A stretch of 64,000 nt of DNA from Anaeromyxobacteraceae bacterium (GCA_032654565.1 JAULAX010000014.1:32001-96000), one strand, 5' to 3'; shown: positions 18,483-28,482, numbered from the stretch's first letter. The notes: a model not told the origin generated them from the letters alone. Made by a program: numbers and translations.

Positions 18483-21400
18483 ATGCGTACCTTCTTCGCC
18501 CGAATGGGCCCCGTGCTCGCCATCGCGTTGGCCGCGTGCACCTCGCTCCAGGAGGTCTCGCCCGACACTATCATCACCTGCAGTGCGGCCAGCGAGTGCC
18601 CGGGGGGCATGGTGTGCAACCGGGGGCGCTGCGCCAACCCGAGCGCCCTCGACACGACACCGCCCGACATCGTTCCCGGATCCGTCGCCGTGACGCCCGC
18701 TGGCGTGAAGGCGGGTCAAGCCGTCACGGTGACGCTCCAGTCCACCGAGCCGCTCGAGGCCGCGCCCACCGTGGCGCTCGGGCTCATCCCGCCGGTCACC
18801 ATGGCGTGCAGCGCGACCTCCGGCCTGGCGTACACCTGCAGCCACACCGCCACCGGCCACGAGAACGGCGACCTCGGCGGGGACATCGCCATCGACGTGC
18901 GGATGCGGGACCGGGCCGGGAATGACACCGCCCGCAGCAGCGTCGCCACCATCGGCTTCGACTTCGTCCCGCCGTCCCCCACCATCGCCAGCGTCGGCTA
19001 CGACCCGGCCCCGACCAACCCGCTCCCCTCCGTACGGATGGCCACGGCCGGCACGCTCGTCCGGGTGGCGGTCTCGGCCGACGAGAGGCTCTCGACCTCC
19101 ACGCCCTCGGCGCTGATCGGCCGGCTCGGTGGCTCGACGCTCGCGTTCGCGCTGGTCCCGGGCCCGCTCGGCGGCACCGACGCCGTCTTCGAGACGACGG
19201 TTCCGACTGGGCTGGCGGACGGCGACTACGCGCTCGAGGTCTCCTGGACCGACGAGGTTGGGAACCCGGGGACGGCGGCGGTCCCCGGCGCGGTGGTCAA
19301 GGTGAAGACCTCTACGCCCACGCTTGCCGTGAACCAGGACGCCGTGCTCTTCGTCCGGTCGCCCCAGGGGAACGGCTCGCCGGAGCAACTCGGCAACTAC
19401 ACGATCCCGGCGGGCCCGTACTTCGCCATCGAGCCGGCCGACCCGCTCTCGGCTGGCGGGCGCCTGCCCGCCGGGACGTTCCTGCTGGAGGGGGGGCCGG
19501 CTCCGGCAACACCAGCCCGGGTCGTCGTGCAGCTCGCGGCTGCGCCGGGCTCGCTTCAGCTCGGGACGTTGATTCCCGATGACGCCGGGACCTGGCCACG
19601 CCAGCCGCTGGCGAGTCCTGACGTCACCACGGTCTACATCGTCGGGATCGATGAGGCGGGGAACCGGTCGGCTGCAGTGAAGATTGCCAATGCGGAGTGG
19701 GTGGCCACGAGCAACCCGCCGTTGATGGGGACGAGTCCGCATCAGCTCTGCGGCGTGCCGTCGACCTCGCCGACGCGGGTTCAGTACGAGGTCAGTGGAT
19801 TAGCCATTGGGCCCGAGTCGGCAGGTAAGGACGGCCAGTCCTTTCTCACGCAGGGCTGGGCGGAGTGGGAGTTGCGGACCTCTGCAACCGCCACGAACCC
19901 CAATCCACGGCGAGACTCCGCCATGGCCTATGACAGTTCCCGCGGCCGCGTGGTCCTTTTCGGAGGTGACAGCAACGGGAGTTGGATGCAGGACACGTGG
20001 GAATGGAACGGGGGTACCTGGACGAACGTCACTCCCGTTGGAGTTAACCCCAGAATACGGACCGGACATGCCATGGCCTTTGATAGCGCCCGTGACCGCG
20101 TGGTCCTATTCGGAGGTTACGACGGCGGCCGGGGCTTGCAGGATACGTGGGAGTGGAACGGGAGTACCTGGACGAACGTCACTCCCGCGGGACCCAGCCC
20201 TAACCCAAGGTGGCGACATGCCATGGCCTACGATAGCTCCCGCGGTCGCGTGGTCCTTTTCTCAGGTTACAACGGGACATACTTGGACGACACGTGGGAA
20301 TGGAACGGGAGTACCTGGACCAAGGTCACGCCCACTGGAGTCGGTCCCGGAGGACGGTACAGACATGCCATGGCCTATGATAGCTCCCGTGGCCGCGTGG
20401 TCCTATTCGGAGGTTTCAACGGATCCATTCTAGACCTGAATGACACGTGGGAATGGAACGGTAGTACCTGGACGAACGTCACTCCCGCTGGAGCCATGCC
20501 CGACGCAAGGAACGGACATGCCATGGCCTATGATAGCTCCCGCGGTCGCGTAGTCTTGTTCGGTGGTGGAGTCTACTTCGGGCTTAACATGCAGGACACG
20601 TGGGAATGGAACGGGAGTGCCTGGACGAACGTCACGCCCGCGGGAAGCCCCAGCGCAAGAACCGAACATGCCATGGCCTATGATAGCTCCCGCGGTCGCT
20701 TGGTGTTATTCGGTGGTTACGTACTCGAACCTGACATGCAGGAGACGTGGGAATTCAACGGGAGTACCTGGACAAACGTCACGCCCGCGGGAAGCCCCAG
20801 CGCAAGGACCGAACATGCCATGGCCTATGATAGCTCCCGTGGCCGCGTGGTCCTGTTCGGTGGACTCAGCAATACTCTAGTTACTCTAAATCAGGACACG
20901 TGGGAATGGAACGGGAGTACCTGGGCCAACGCCACTCCTGCTGGAGTTAGCCCCAGCGCAAGGAGTCGGCATTCAATGGCCTATGATAGCTCCCGTGGCC
21001 GCGCGGTCCTATTCGGAGGCTCTGGTAACCTTGCTGTCTTTCAGGACACGTGGGAGTGGAACGGGAGTACCTGGACCAACGTAAGCCCTGCAGGCGCCAG
21101 CCCCAGCGCAAGGTACGAACATGCCATGGCCTATGATAGCTCCCATGGCCGCGTCGTCCTATTCGGAGGTGCCAACTCCGCGACTAAAATGCAGGACACG
21201 TGGGAGTGGAACGGGAGTACCTGGACGAACGTCACTCCCGCTGGAGCCAGCCCCAGCGCAAGGTCCGGACATGCCATGGCCTACGACAGCTCTCGTGGAC
21301 GCGTGGTCCTGTTCGGAGGTAGCGGCGGCGCTACCGGCATGAAGGAAACGTGGGAATGGAACGGTAGTGCATGGACGGACGTCACTCCCGCTGGAAACAA

Positions 21401-22103
21401 CGCCAGCGCGCATGACTTACACGCAATGACCTTTGATAGCTCCCGTGGCCGCGTGGTCCTATCCGGAGGATCAAGCGTCCTATTCGAAGGATCGCTGGAC
21501 ACGTGGGAATGGAACGGGAGCACCTGGACGAACGTCACTTCACCCGCTATGGCCAGCGCCAGCGCCAGATACGCACATGCCATGGCCTATGATAGCTCCC
21601 GTGGTCGCGTGGTCTTGTTCGGAGGTAACAGATACGGAGTTTTCATGCAGGACACCTGGGAATGGCAACAAGCCACTCCACTGCAGCCAGCCTTGCAATT
21701 CGATGCCAATTGGGGATTCGCAGCGCCGGGCCTGCCAACCTTCCTTGGCGTCCGCGTCCGTGCCTTCGCCGGCGGCACCTACTATCCCGGAGGAACGTCG
21801 GACGTGGGCGCGACGCTTTACGGTTGGTCCAACCACGATCCCCTGGCTGGCCCTGGCGCGTGGGTCTCGCTCAAGTCCAACACGACCGGGGTAGCCGCCG
21901 CGCAGCCGTACCTCCCGACGGGGAGCGCGAGCCTCATCGACTGGCAGTCTCCCGACGCGGCGACAGCCAGGCGCTTCCTGACGGAGCGGGATGGCCAACT
22001 CTCCTTCCAGGTGCGGCCCTCCGGGCCGATGGGCCCCGACGTCGGCGGCTCCACGGTCGCCCTCGACTACACCGAGGTCCGCGTGCGCTACACGGCACCC
22101 TAG
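18483..22103 (+). CDS. Lipoprotein with Ig-like domains and 12 Kelch-like beta-propeller repeats
   Basis: Lipobox LAAC; Cys-rich segment; DxAGN Ig-like motifs; 12 copies of HAMAYDSSRGRVVLFGG...DTWEWNG; AGGAGG RBS. Confidence 0.88.
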   Translation: MRTFFARMGPVLAIALAACTSLQEVSPDTIITCSAASECPGGMVCNRGRCANPSALDTTPPDIVPGSVAVTPAGVKAGQAVTVTLQSTEPLEAAPTVALGLIPPVTMACSATSGLAYTCSHTATGHENGDLGGDIAIDVRMRDRAGNDTARSSVATIGFDFVPPSPTIASVGYDPAPTNPLPSVRMATAGTLVRVAVSADERLSTSTPSALIGRLGGSTLAFALVPGPLGGTDAVFETTVPTGLADGDYALEVSWTDEVGNPGTAAVPGAVVKVKTSTPTLAVNQDAVLFVRSPQGNGSPEQLGNYTIPAGPYFAIEPADPLSAGGRLPAGTFLLEGGPAPATPARVVVQLAAAPGSLQLGTLIPDDAGTWPRQPLASPDVTTVYIVGIDEAGNRSAAVKIANAEWVATSNPPLMGTSPHQLCGVPSTSPTRVQYEVSGLAIGPESAGKDGQSFLTQGWAEWELRTSATATNPNPRRDSAMAYDSSRGRVVLFGGDSNGSWMQDTWEWNGGTWTNVTPVGVNPRIRTGHAMAFDSARDRVVLFGGYDGGRGLQDTWEWNGSTWTNVTPAGPSPNPRWRHAMAYDSSRGRVVLFSGYNGTYLDDTWEWNGSTWTKVTPTGVGPGGRYRHAMAYDSSRGRVVLFGGFNGSILDLNDTWEWNGSTWTNVTPAGAMPDARNGHAMAYDSSRGRVVLFGGGVYFGLNMQDTWEWNGSAWTNVTPAGSPSARTEHAMAYDSSRGRLVLFGGYVLEPDMQETWEFNGSTWTNVTPAGSPSARTEHAMAYDSSRGRVVLFGGLSNTLVTLNQDTWEWNGSTWANATPAGVSPSARSRHSMAYDSSRGRAVLFGGSGNLAVFQDTWEWNGSTWTNVSPAGASPSARYEHAMAYDSSHGRVVLFGGANSATKMQDTWEWNGSTWTNVTPAGASPSARSGHAMAYDSSRGRVVLFGGSGGATGMKETWEWNGSAWTDVTPAGNNASAHDLHAMTFDSSRGRVVLSGGSSVLFEGSLDTWEWNGSTWTNVTSPAMASASARYAHAMAYDSSRGRVVLFGGNRYGVFMQDTWEWQQATPLQPALQFDANWGFAAPGLPTFLGVRVRAFAGGTYYPGGTSDVGATLYGWSNHDPLAGPGAWVSLKSNTTGVAAAQPYLPTGSASLIDWQSPDAATARRFLTERDGQLSFQVRPSGPMGPDVGGSTVALDYTEVRVRYTAP
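19896..21665 (+). repeat. 12 intragenic tandem repeats of about 150 bp
   Basis: Recurrent CATGCCATGGCCTATGATAGCTCCCG and GACACGTGGGARTGGAACGGGAGTACCTGGAC blocks. Confidence 0.95.
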
Positions 22104-22218
22104 CCTTTGACCGGCCCCCACACCTGGGCCGCACCTGATGAAGCCTGGGTATGACGTCATCCAACAAGCCGAGGTTCAAGGGACATCAGCCGGAAGGTGT
22201 CCTTGGCAGTCCTCACCG

Positions 22219-25200
22219 CTACAGGTAGTCGCACGGGTTGTAGCCTTCGGGCATCACGGCGGTCCCGTAGATCTGGAGGGTATGGGCGGTTTGGTACCAC
22301 GCCGCGCTTTCATACTTGACACGGAATTCGACGTTCTCGCACGGCCCGAGATCGACGGGGCCGACGAGGATGCACTGGAGCCCGTCCCCCGACACCCACT
22401 CCTTGTCTCTCGACTGGATGACGGCCCCGACATTCTTCGCGACATCGAACGTTGCATACGCGCCATCCCCCCAGGCGTCGATCTTGAACCCGACGACGTA
22501 GCGGCCGGCCACGAGGTTGTTCACGTACGGACCGTACTGTGCCATGCAGGAGTTGTGCTGCGCGGGGACGACGTAGGAGTCACCCGACACGTAGGCGTCC
22601 GGGCACGGCGCGCGGCCCCAAACCGGCGAAGCGCCCGTCCAGACCATCCGGTCGGGCAACTGGACCACCTTCATGCAGCCTGTCGCGACGCTGCACACCT
22701 CCGCCCCGAGCTGCGGACCGCATGCCGTGTCGAGCAACCCTTGATCCGGCAGGTAGTAGGCGTCCGTCACGCCGTCGCACGATGAGCCGGGAGGCCTGTC
22801 CCAGATGCCGTCGCAGTTACTATCCGTGCCACAGGTGAGGGCCGCGCCAGGAAACCGCGCAGCATCCTGATCGCAACTGGCCTCCTCCCTCTTCATCCCC
22901 GAGTTCCAAGGAACCCAACCGCCCGTCAGGCTCTCCCCGCAACGCTGTGCCGTAAAGTCGCAGAAGTAGTAGCCGTCGAGGTCCGAGTCCATGCAGGCCC
23001 AGACCGGCGTGCAGGGCGGGGGCATGTAATTGCAGGACGTCGGGTTGGTCGAATCGGGCATCCCGCGCACCATCCAGTCGTTGATCGCAGAGGTCCGGCA
23101 GAACTCCCAGATCTGCCCCTTGTTGGCCGTCGGCGCACCCGGTTGGTGTGCCGCGTAGAGCTCGCACCGCTGGCACTCGTCCCAGGACGACGCCGCGAGT
23201 TGGTCCATCGCGTTGACGAGGCCGCCCTCGCTGAGGCTGCCGCCGGCCACCGACTTCCCTATGAGGTCGGAGACCATCCCGGCAGAGAACCCGATCGCTT
23301 CGTCAGCCAACGTGGTCCGGTTCCACGGCGAACTCCAGAAGGGGAACGACGTGCCAACCCGACCCCACGGCGTCCCTGAGTGGAAGCCGGACGTGTACGG
23401 CGGCTCGCGGTCGAATGCATCGGAGATCATGGTCGCCAGGCGGCCGACCTGCTTGCCGAACACTGATGTGTCCGTCACGTTCGTGTCCATGTCCGGGCCG
23501 AACCCGGCGGAATAGGCCATGCTGCCAATCTGTACCTGGCCTGGAAGCGCGAAGTAGTTCACGCCGCCGACGAACTGGCTGGCGAGGAAGTCCGCCCAGG
23601 CCTCGTTGAGGTAACCCGCCTCGTTCCCCGGGTCGGAGCCCTTGAAGAGCCGCGCCGCCACGGCCCCTTCGTAGGCCTCGCTGCCGGCCGCGTCGATCAT
23701 GCTGCACAGCGCGAGGTGGCCGTACTCATGCGAGAACACGCCGCGCGAGACGGCCGCATCACTGTTCGGAGCTCCGAGAAGGAAGATGTCGTTCTGAGCG
23801 AGCGTCGCCCTGTACAGCTCGAGGGTGATGCCGACCGCGAGCGAGAGTGGCGGGCACCAGCTGAGAGCGGCCATCGCGAGCACGGTGCCATCCATGAATA
23901 GCACGTTGATGAACGTACCCTGCCCATAGGTGAAGCAGGGAACGAACGCCTCGCTCCCGCCGTTCACCTTGGTGAACCAATCCACGAGCTCCCCCGTGAT
24001 GACCTTCGCCTTGCGCGGCGCCTGCCCCACGCTTCCTTGCAAGAACGACCTTGCCTCGGCGCCCTGGGCGAGGATGTTGAAGTAGCCGCTCTGGATCATG
24101 AGCCGGTATGGAGGCATTTCGGCGAACGCGGAGGTGCCGACGAAGCTGCACCACTCCAGCGGCAGGAGCGTATCGCGCACCTCGACCGCATCGTTCTCGA
24201 TCTCGGCACAGATCGAGACAGAAGATCCGATCGCTGCGTCGATCGAGGCCACGCCCCTCGCATCGGTCGAGCCTGAGAACATCATCGGGATAGAAAGGAC
24301 GGAGTACTCGCTCATCAGCATGATCGGAACGTGAGACAAGATCACGCGGGCACCGTCGGAGGACCATGGCCGGACCATCGGCGTGGAGGGATCAGAGTAG
24401 ATCGTTGCGGCGGAGAGGTCGCCACCGAAGCCGGGATCGGTGTTGCGCAGGTCGGTGATGATCTGCATGGACACCGAGCCTTGGTCCCACTTCGCGATCT
24501 CACCAACTCCCTGTTTCACGAGGTAGTCCGTGGCACGCGCGACAGCCGCGAGCGCCTCGAGCGCGTCACCGTCCGTGAACGCCGCCGGCACCTGCCGGAC
24601 ACCACCCGCCCACTTTGGAGCGCGGACAACCGCGGCCGTCCCCGTGGCTTGCGGCCAGGCGCTTGCGATCGTCGCATACGTGAGCGCGCCGGTCGCGTCG
24701 CGTGCGAACGAAGGAGTCTCCTGCAGCACGATCGCCTTGAAGACGGGGTGCCCTTGGAGCGCGTACTGGCGGGCAGCGTTGTAGACGGCGCCCGGGACTA
24801 GAGCGTAGGTGAACGCGCCCGTGCCATCGCCCTGGTGTCGGAAGAAACCCTGGCGACCGCGCCAGCGCTCAAGTTCGTACGCGAAGAGGGGGAGCGGCCG
24901 ATGGAAGAGTCCGAGCTTCGCAAGGGCCTCCCTGTCCTTGTCAGAGCTCACGTAGACGAGCGCGTACCAGACCGTCGGGTGCCCGGCGGCTGTCAACTCT
25001 GCGACCGGCTGCGTCGTGGTCCAATCGAATCCGGCCCGCAGCGCCTTGGTCTCTTCGGGCGACAGTGGGTCATCGAGGTAGCCGCCATTCGGACCGGGCA
25101 CGTTCACGGACGCTACCGACGCCTGCGGCGAGCTGGAGAGCCCAATTGTCAAGCGCGACGCGACGAGCTGATCGTAGGCGACGACGCCACCCGAGCATTG

Positions 25201-27054
25201 CCGGAGCGCGCTGACCGGGAATACCGATCCTGCAGGGCCCCCAGGCGGTCGCCCGTAGCGGCAGACGACGTCCGCGCCGTCGAGCGCTGACCACGTGTCC
25301 CCTGAGTTTTGCGCGCGCCGGCACACGGCGCGTGAGAATGTCAACTCGATGATTGCGGCCGAATCGCCTGCCACTGGGGAGAGTGACGCCGGGACTTCGA
25401 GCACCCTCGTGCCTTCGACAGCGACGACCCTCCCCCCGCCCTCGAGGGCAGTCTGGACACCCTTCGTGATCGAGACACGTGTCGAGCCGTCTCCGATGGC
25501 GCCCGCGTCGCCGACCGGGGCGGGAGGCAGCCCGAGGCACGCCTCCAACGCAAGCGTGCCCGGGAGGTCAGGAGCGCCCCGGAGCCAAGCGACCGCCGCG
25601 TCGAACAGCGCCCATCCACCGCCTGTCAGGGCCATCGACGCGTCAGGAGTGCCGAACCAGGCGAGGCGACGTCCCCGGCCGAAGTCGTGCGTGCGCGGCG
25701 TCCGCCCGGGCGGGACGCGCGACGCGGGCGGGATGGAGTCGTAGGCGAAGAGTCCGGCCTTGCCGGCCGCGACGTCGGCGGAGAAGACCGCCGCGGGAAG
25801 CGGCGCGCCCCACGCAAGCCGAGCGGGCCTCGTCACGACCGAGATCGTCCCTGAGAGACCCGCGGCAAGTGGGTGACTCGTTGGTGGAATCGCTATCTTC
25901 GAGCCGTCCCGGATGATGCCGGCCGCGTCGGCAGTGGCAACCATCCGGAGGGGGTAGAATGCCTCCGGCTGGGCGACGAGCATCGGCGCGGAGAGATCGA
26001 CAAGCGCCGGAAGGATCGTGGCCGCGGTGGCGGTCGTCGACACGAGCCAGAGGTCGCCCGGGCGAGGCGCTGGGGGCTTTCGCGAGTGCGGATCCACGAT
26101 CCGGACGTCGAGGTTCATTGCCTGGAGGTGCTGGGCGACGAGCAGGTCGCCGGTTTCGGCCGACGCATGGTCCGCCACGAGGAGCGCGCGCGGCCGCGCG
26201 GCCCACTGGAACGCCGCTACGAGGAGGGCCTCACCGTCCCGCGAGAGCGCTCCCGGGACCGCGACGCTTGCGAGGAAACCAACGCGCCGCGCGGCTGCCC
26301 AGCCCCGCGCCGTTCGCGCGCCACGCTCGTAGCCCAGGAGGATCGCCTTGGTGGGCTGGCCGACCCGGTGGCCGGCGACGATCGCCGACGGAGCCGGCTC
26401 GATTGGGCTGAGCGCCCGGAAGGACTTGTAGAGCCCTGTCGGACCAGCGAGCCCTGCGCTGAGTGGAGTACCACCGACGACCATGACGGACTTCGCGTCA
26501 GCTGGCGCGAAGGCGCGTGTGCCCAGCCCCAGGTCCATCGCGGCTGATTGCGAGAGCACAACCACCGGAACGGCGGCCCGGGCGAGCACCTCTGGCGCCT
26601 GCCTTACCGTCTCGGAGACGACGACGAGCGAACGGCCGGACAGTGCCTCGGGAGAGAGGCTCGCTGCTTCGGTGACTTCCACAGAGAACCCAGCTTCCAG
26701 GAGGAGGTTCCGCAGCGCATTGTCCTCCGAGCCGAGTTCCTCGTCGTCATGCGAGTCCTCCTCGCGATGGTGCTCCGAGTGGCGCCTTGGTGAGTGCTCG
26801 CGCTCGAGAGTCTCTCCGCGCTCCTTGTCGTCCCGGCACTCGCGTTCATCGTCGCTGTGCAAGTCGCTTCCGCAAGCAGGTCGGCCAGCGGTTACGAGGA
26901 GAGCGTCGTAGGAAGCCGGCCAGAGCTTCTTCCCGACGTTCAGGGCCCGCCCGAGGTGGGCCTTTGGACCGTCACCACAGCCCCCTGCGAAGGTGATGAG
27001 GAGGATGGCAACGAGGGCGACGCTTCGCGACGTAGTCGGCTTCTCGTTCCTCAT
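22219..27054 (-). CDS. Large lipoprotein with gluzincin-type zinc motif (putative metallopeptidase)
   Basis: Start MRNEK...FAGGC lipobox; HEYGH plus NEAWAD; Cys-rich DSDLDGY/DSNCDG segment; two similar N-terminal domains. Confidence 0.72.
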   Translation of the reverse strand: MRNEKPTTSRSVALVAILLITFAGGCGDGPKAHLGRALNVGKKLWPASYDALLVTAGRPACGSDLHSDDERECRDDKERGETLEREHSPRRHSEHHREEDSHDDEELGSEDNALRNLLLEAGFSVEVTEAASLSPEALSGRSLVVVSETVRQAPEVLARAAVPVVVLSQSAAMDLGLGTRAFAPADAKSVMVVGGTPLSAGLAGPTGLYKSFRALSPIEPAPSAIVAGHRVGQPTKAILLGYERGARTARGWAAARRVGFLASVAVPGALSRDGEALLVAAFQWAARPRALLVADHASAETGDLLVAQHLQAMNLDVRIVDPHSRKPPAPRPGDLWLVSTTATAATILPALVDLSAPMLVAQPEAFYPLRMVATADAAGIIRDGSKIAIPPTSHPLAAGLSGTISVVTRPARLAWGAPLPAAVFSADVAAGKAGLFAYDSIPPASRVPPGRTPRTHDFGRGRRLAWFGTPDASMALTGGGWALFDAAVAWLRGAPDLPGTLALEACLGLPPAPVGDAGAIGDGSTRVSITKGVQTALEGGGRVVAVEGTRVLEVPASLSPVAGDSAAIIELTFSRAVCRRAQNSGDTWSALDGADVVCRYGRPPGGPAGSVFPVSALRQCSGGVVAYDQLVASRLTIGLSSSPQASVASVNVPGPNGGYLDDPLSPEETKALRAGFDWTTTQPVAELTAAGHPTVWYALVYVSSDKDREALAKLGLFHRPLPLFAYELERWRGRQGFFRHQGDGTGAFTYALVPGAVYNAARQYALQGHPVFKAIVLQETPSFARDATGALTYATIASAWPQATGTAAVVRAPKWAGGVRQVPAAFTDGDALEALAAVARATDYLVKQGVGEIAKWDQGSVSMQIITDLRNTDPGFGGDLSAATIYSDPSTPMVRPWSSDGARVILSHVPIMLMSEYSVLSIPMMFSGSTDARGVASIDAAIGSSVSICAEIENDAVEVRDTLLPLEWCSFVGTSAFAEMPPYRLMIQSGYFNILAQGAEARSFLQGSVGQAPRKAKVITGELVDWFTKVNGGSEAFVPCFTYGQGTFINVLFMDGTVLAMAALSWCPPLSLAVGITLELYRATLAQNDIFLLGAPNSDAAVSRGVFSHEYGHLALCSMIDAAGSEAYEGAVAARLFKGSDPGNEAGYLNEAWADFLASQFVGGVNYFALPGQVQIGSMAYSAGFGPDMDTNVTDTSVFGKQVGRLATMISDAFDREPPYTSGFHSGTPWGRVGTSFPFWSSPWNRTTLADEAIGFSAGMVSDLIGKSVAGGSLSEGGLVNAMDQLAASSWDECQRCELYAAHQPGAPTANKGQIWEFCRTSAINDWMVRGMPDSTNPTSCNYMPPPCTPVWACMDSDLDGYYFCDFTAQRCGESLTGGWVPWNSGMKREEASCDQDAARFPGAALTCGTDSNCDGIWDRPPGSSCDGVTDAYYLPDQGLLDTACGPQLGAEVCSVATGCMKVVQLPDRMVWTGASPVWGRAPCPDAYVSGDSYVVPAQHNSCMAQYGPYVNNLVAGRYVVGFKIDAWGDGAYATFDVAKNVGAVIQSRDKEWVSGDGLQCILVGPVDLGPCENVEFRVKYESAAWYQTAHTLQIYGTAVMPEGYNPCDYL

Positions 27055-27410
27055 GATCGGACCCCTAATCGACCAGGCGATGGTGAACTCGACTGCCAGA
27101 GGTGGGGGCCATTTTTGCTCGGCGTGAAAACGTCGGAAGGAGAATGGCGGGTTGCCCCGATGGGACTGTGAGTTTGAGTTGTCCGTGCAGAGCTGCATCT
27201 CTCCGTGCAGCTCGCCCTGCCGTCGGGCGCTGGCCCGCGCCGACCTGCGGGCCCGATCCTGGGGTGTTTCTCCCAGCGATCCCTCCCAAGTTGAAACCAT
27301 TGATGAATTGGCCATTTGCCAGTTCTCCTGCGGCTCGCTGATTTGCCTTCTCGCGGCCCACCTGCGGATGCTTTACTCGGCGATGGAGAGGGTCGACATG
27401 GTGCCCTTCT

Positions 27411-27713
27411 CCGAGGAGTTCCCGCAGGAGACCGTGCCCGCCACATGCACTGCGGCGAGCCAGCGCCGGGATGCCCCGGACATTCCGGGTCAGGCGCCAC
27501 CGAGTGTCCGTTCCACGATTCCCCGTCCTCGCCGTCCGGCTACGATGGCACCAGACATTTCTGGAGCCCCCGGAGCAGCTGCTCGTCGGTCGCATCCGCC
27601 GAGCTCGCGCCATGGGCCCCGCGGGCCACTACCAGCGGATCGCGCTGCCTGCGGAGCGCCTCATCGCGGTCGACGGGGTCATTCACGGCCGAGGGGTCAC
27701 CGACCAGGTCCAC
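27411..27713 (-). pseudogene. Decayed copy of the hydrolase 3' end and S41 peptidase 5' end found intact at 34670-35179
   Basis: Direct alignment by eye; translated remnant DLVGDPSAVNDPVDRDEALRRQRDPLVVARGAHG versus intact DLGGDPAAVKDAADREEALRRQRDPLVV...ARGGHG. Confidence 0.85.
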
Positions 27714-27886
27714 CACCTTCACGGCGGCTTCGGCGCGTATGTCGCGCGCCGAGCGGCCTGGCTCACGTTTGCCCCGCGCGTCCGGAGCACAGCATGTCAC
27801 CACTTGGACGCCCGCCCGGGCCGCACCTCGAGAGGTTGCGCGTGATTGGACACAGGCGGACTCCCTTGGACGGCACCGCTTGCCGC

Positions 27887-27930
<44 letters not shown>

Positions 27931-27933
27931 TCT

Positions 27934-27980
27934 AAGGGCCCGTCATCACGGCACAACCGCGGTGACGGGCCCTTTCCTTT
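27934..27980 (+). terminator. Hairpin and T-rich tail after the att copy
   Basis: AAGGGCCCGTCATC...GGTGACGGGCCCTT then TCCTTT. Confidence 0.78.
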
Positions 27981-28092
27981 GGGGCTTATTAGGTGGGTTC
28001 ATAGGTGCGTTTCGGGGTAACCGCCCGGGGAACCACGTCTAGCGAGGCCGACCGACCGGCCTGATGCTCCTCCGTTCACGACGGAGGAAGAC

Positions 28093-28479
28093 ATGGCCGA
28101 CCAGGACAAGTTGCGTTGGACGAAGCTCGTCGCCGACTTCGAGACATGCGACCTGACGCAGCGCGAGTTTGCAGCGGAGCGCGGGATCTCCTTCAGCACC
28201 CTCCGGCACTGGATCTACAAGCTGCGCAAGGACTCCCGGCCGCTGGTGACGGAGGCGGCCATTTCTCCTAGTCAAGCCTCCGAGAAGGTCAGCGCAAAAC
28301 AGGGTTCGCGTCTCGTACCGGTGCGGGTGGTAGGGTCCGCGACGAAGTCGCGGACGGGGGCCGGGGCGAGCGGAGAGGCTGAGAGCTTGCTGGAGTTGGT
28401 CTTCCCGTCCGGCGCGCTGCTGCGCTTCCCCGCCGGCACGGATCTCAAGTATCTGCTGGCCCTGGCCGCGGCCTTGTAG
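28093..28479 (+). CDS. tnpA: IS66 accessory protein TnpA (HTH)
   Basis: LTQREFAAERGISFSTLRHW; first ORF of the IS66. Confidence 0.85.
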   Translation: MADQDKLRWTKLVADFETCDLTQREFAAERGISFSTLRHWIYKLRKDSRPLVTEAAISPSQASEKVSAKQGSRLVPVRVVGSATKSRTGAGASGEAESLLELVFPSGALLRFPAGTDLKYLLALAAAL

Positions 28480-28482
28480 CCC

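Noticed and set aside
19896..21665. Regular repeats with variable intervals resembling a CRISPR array
   Set aside because: The period is about 150 bp and in frame within a protein, repeats show synonymous variation, and no cas genes are present
27055..27315. Upstream 87 codons of the 1698-aa ORF
   Set aside because: The signal peptide and lipobox start at ATG 27054; the upstream part looks like non-coding promoter DNA
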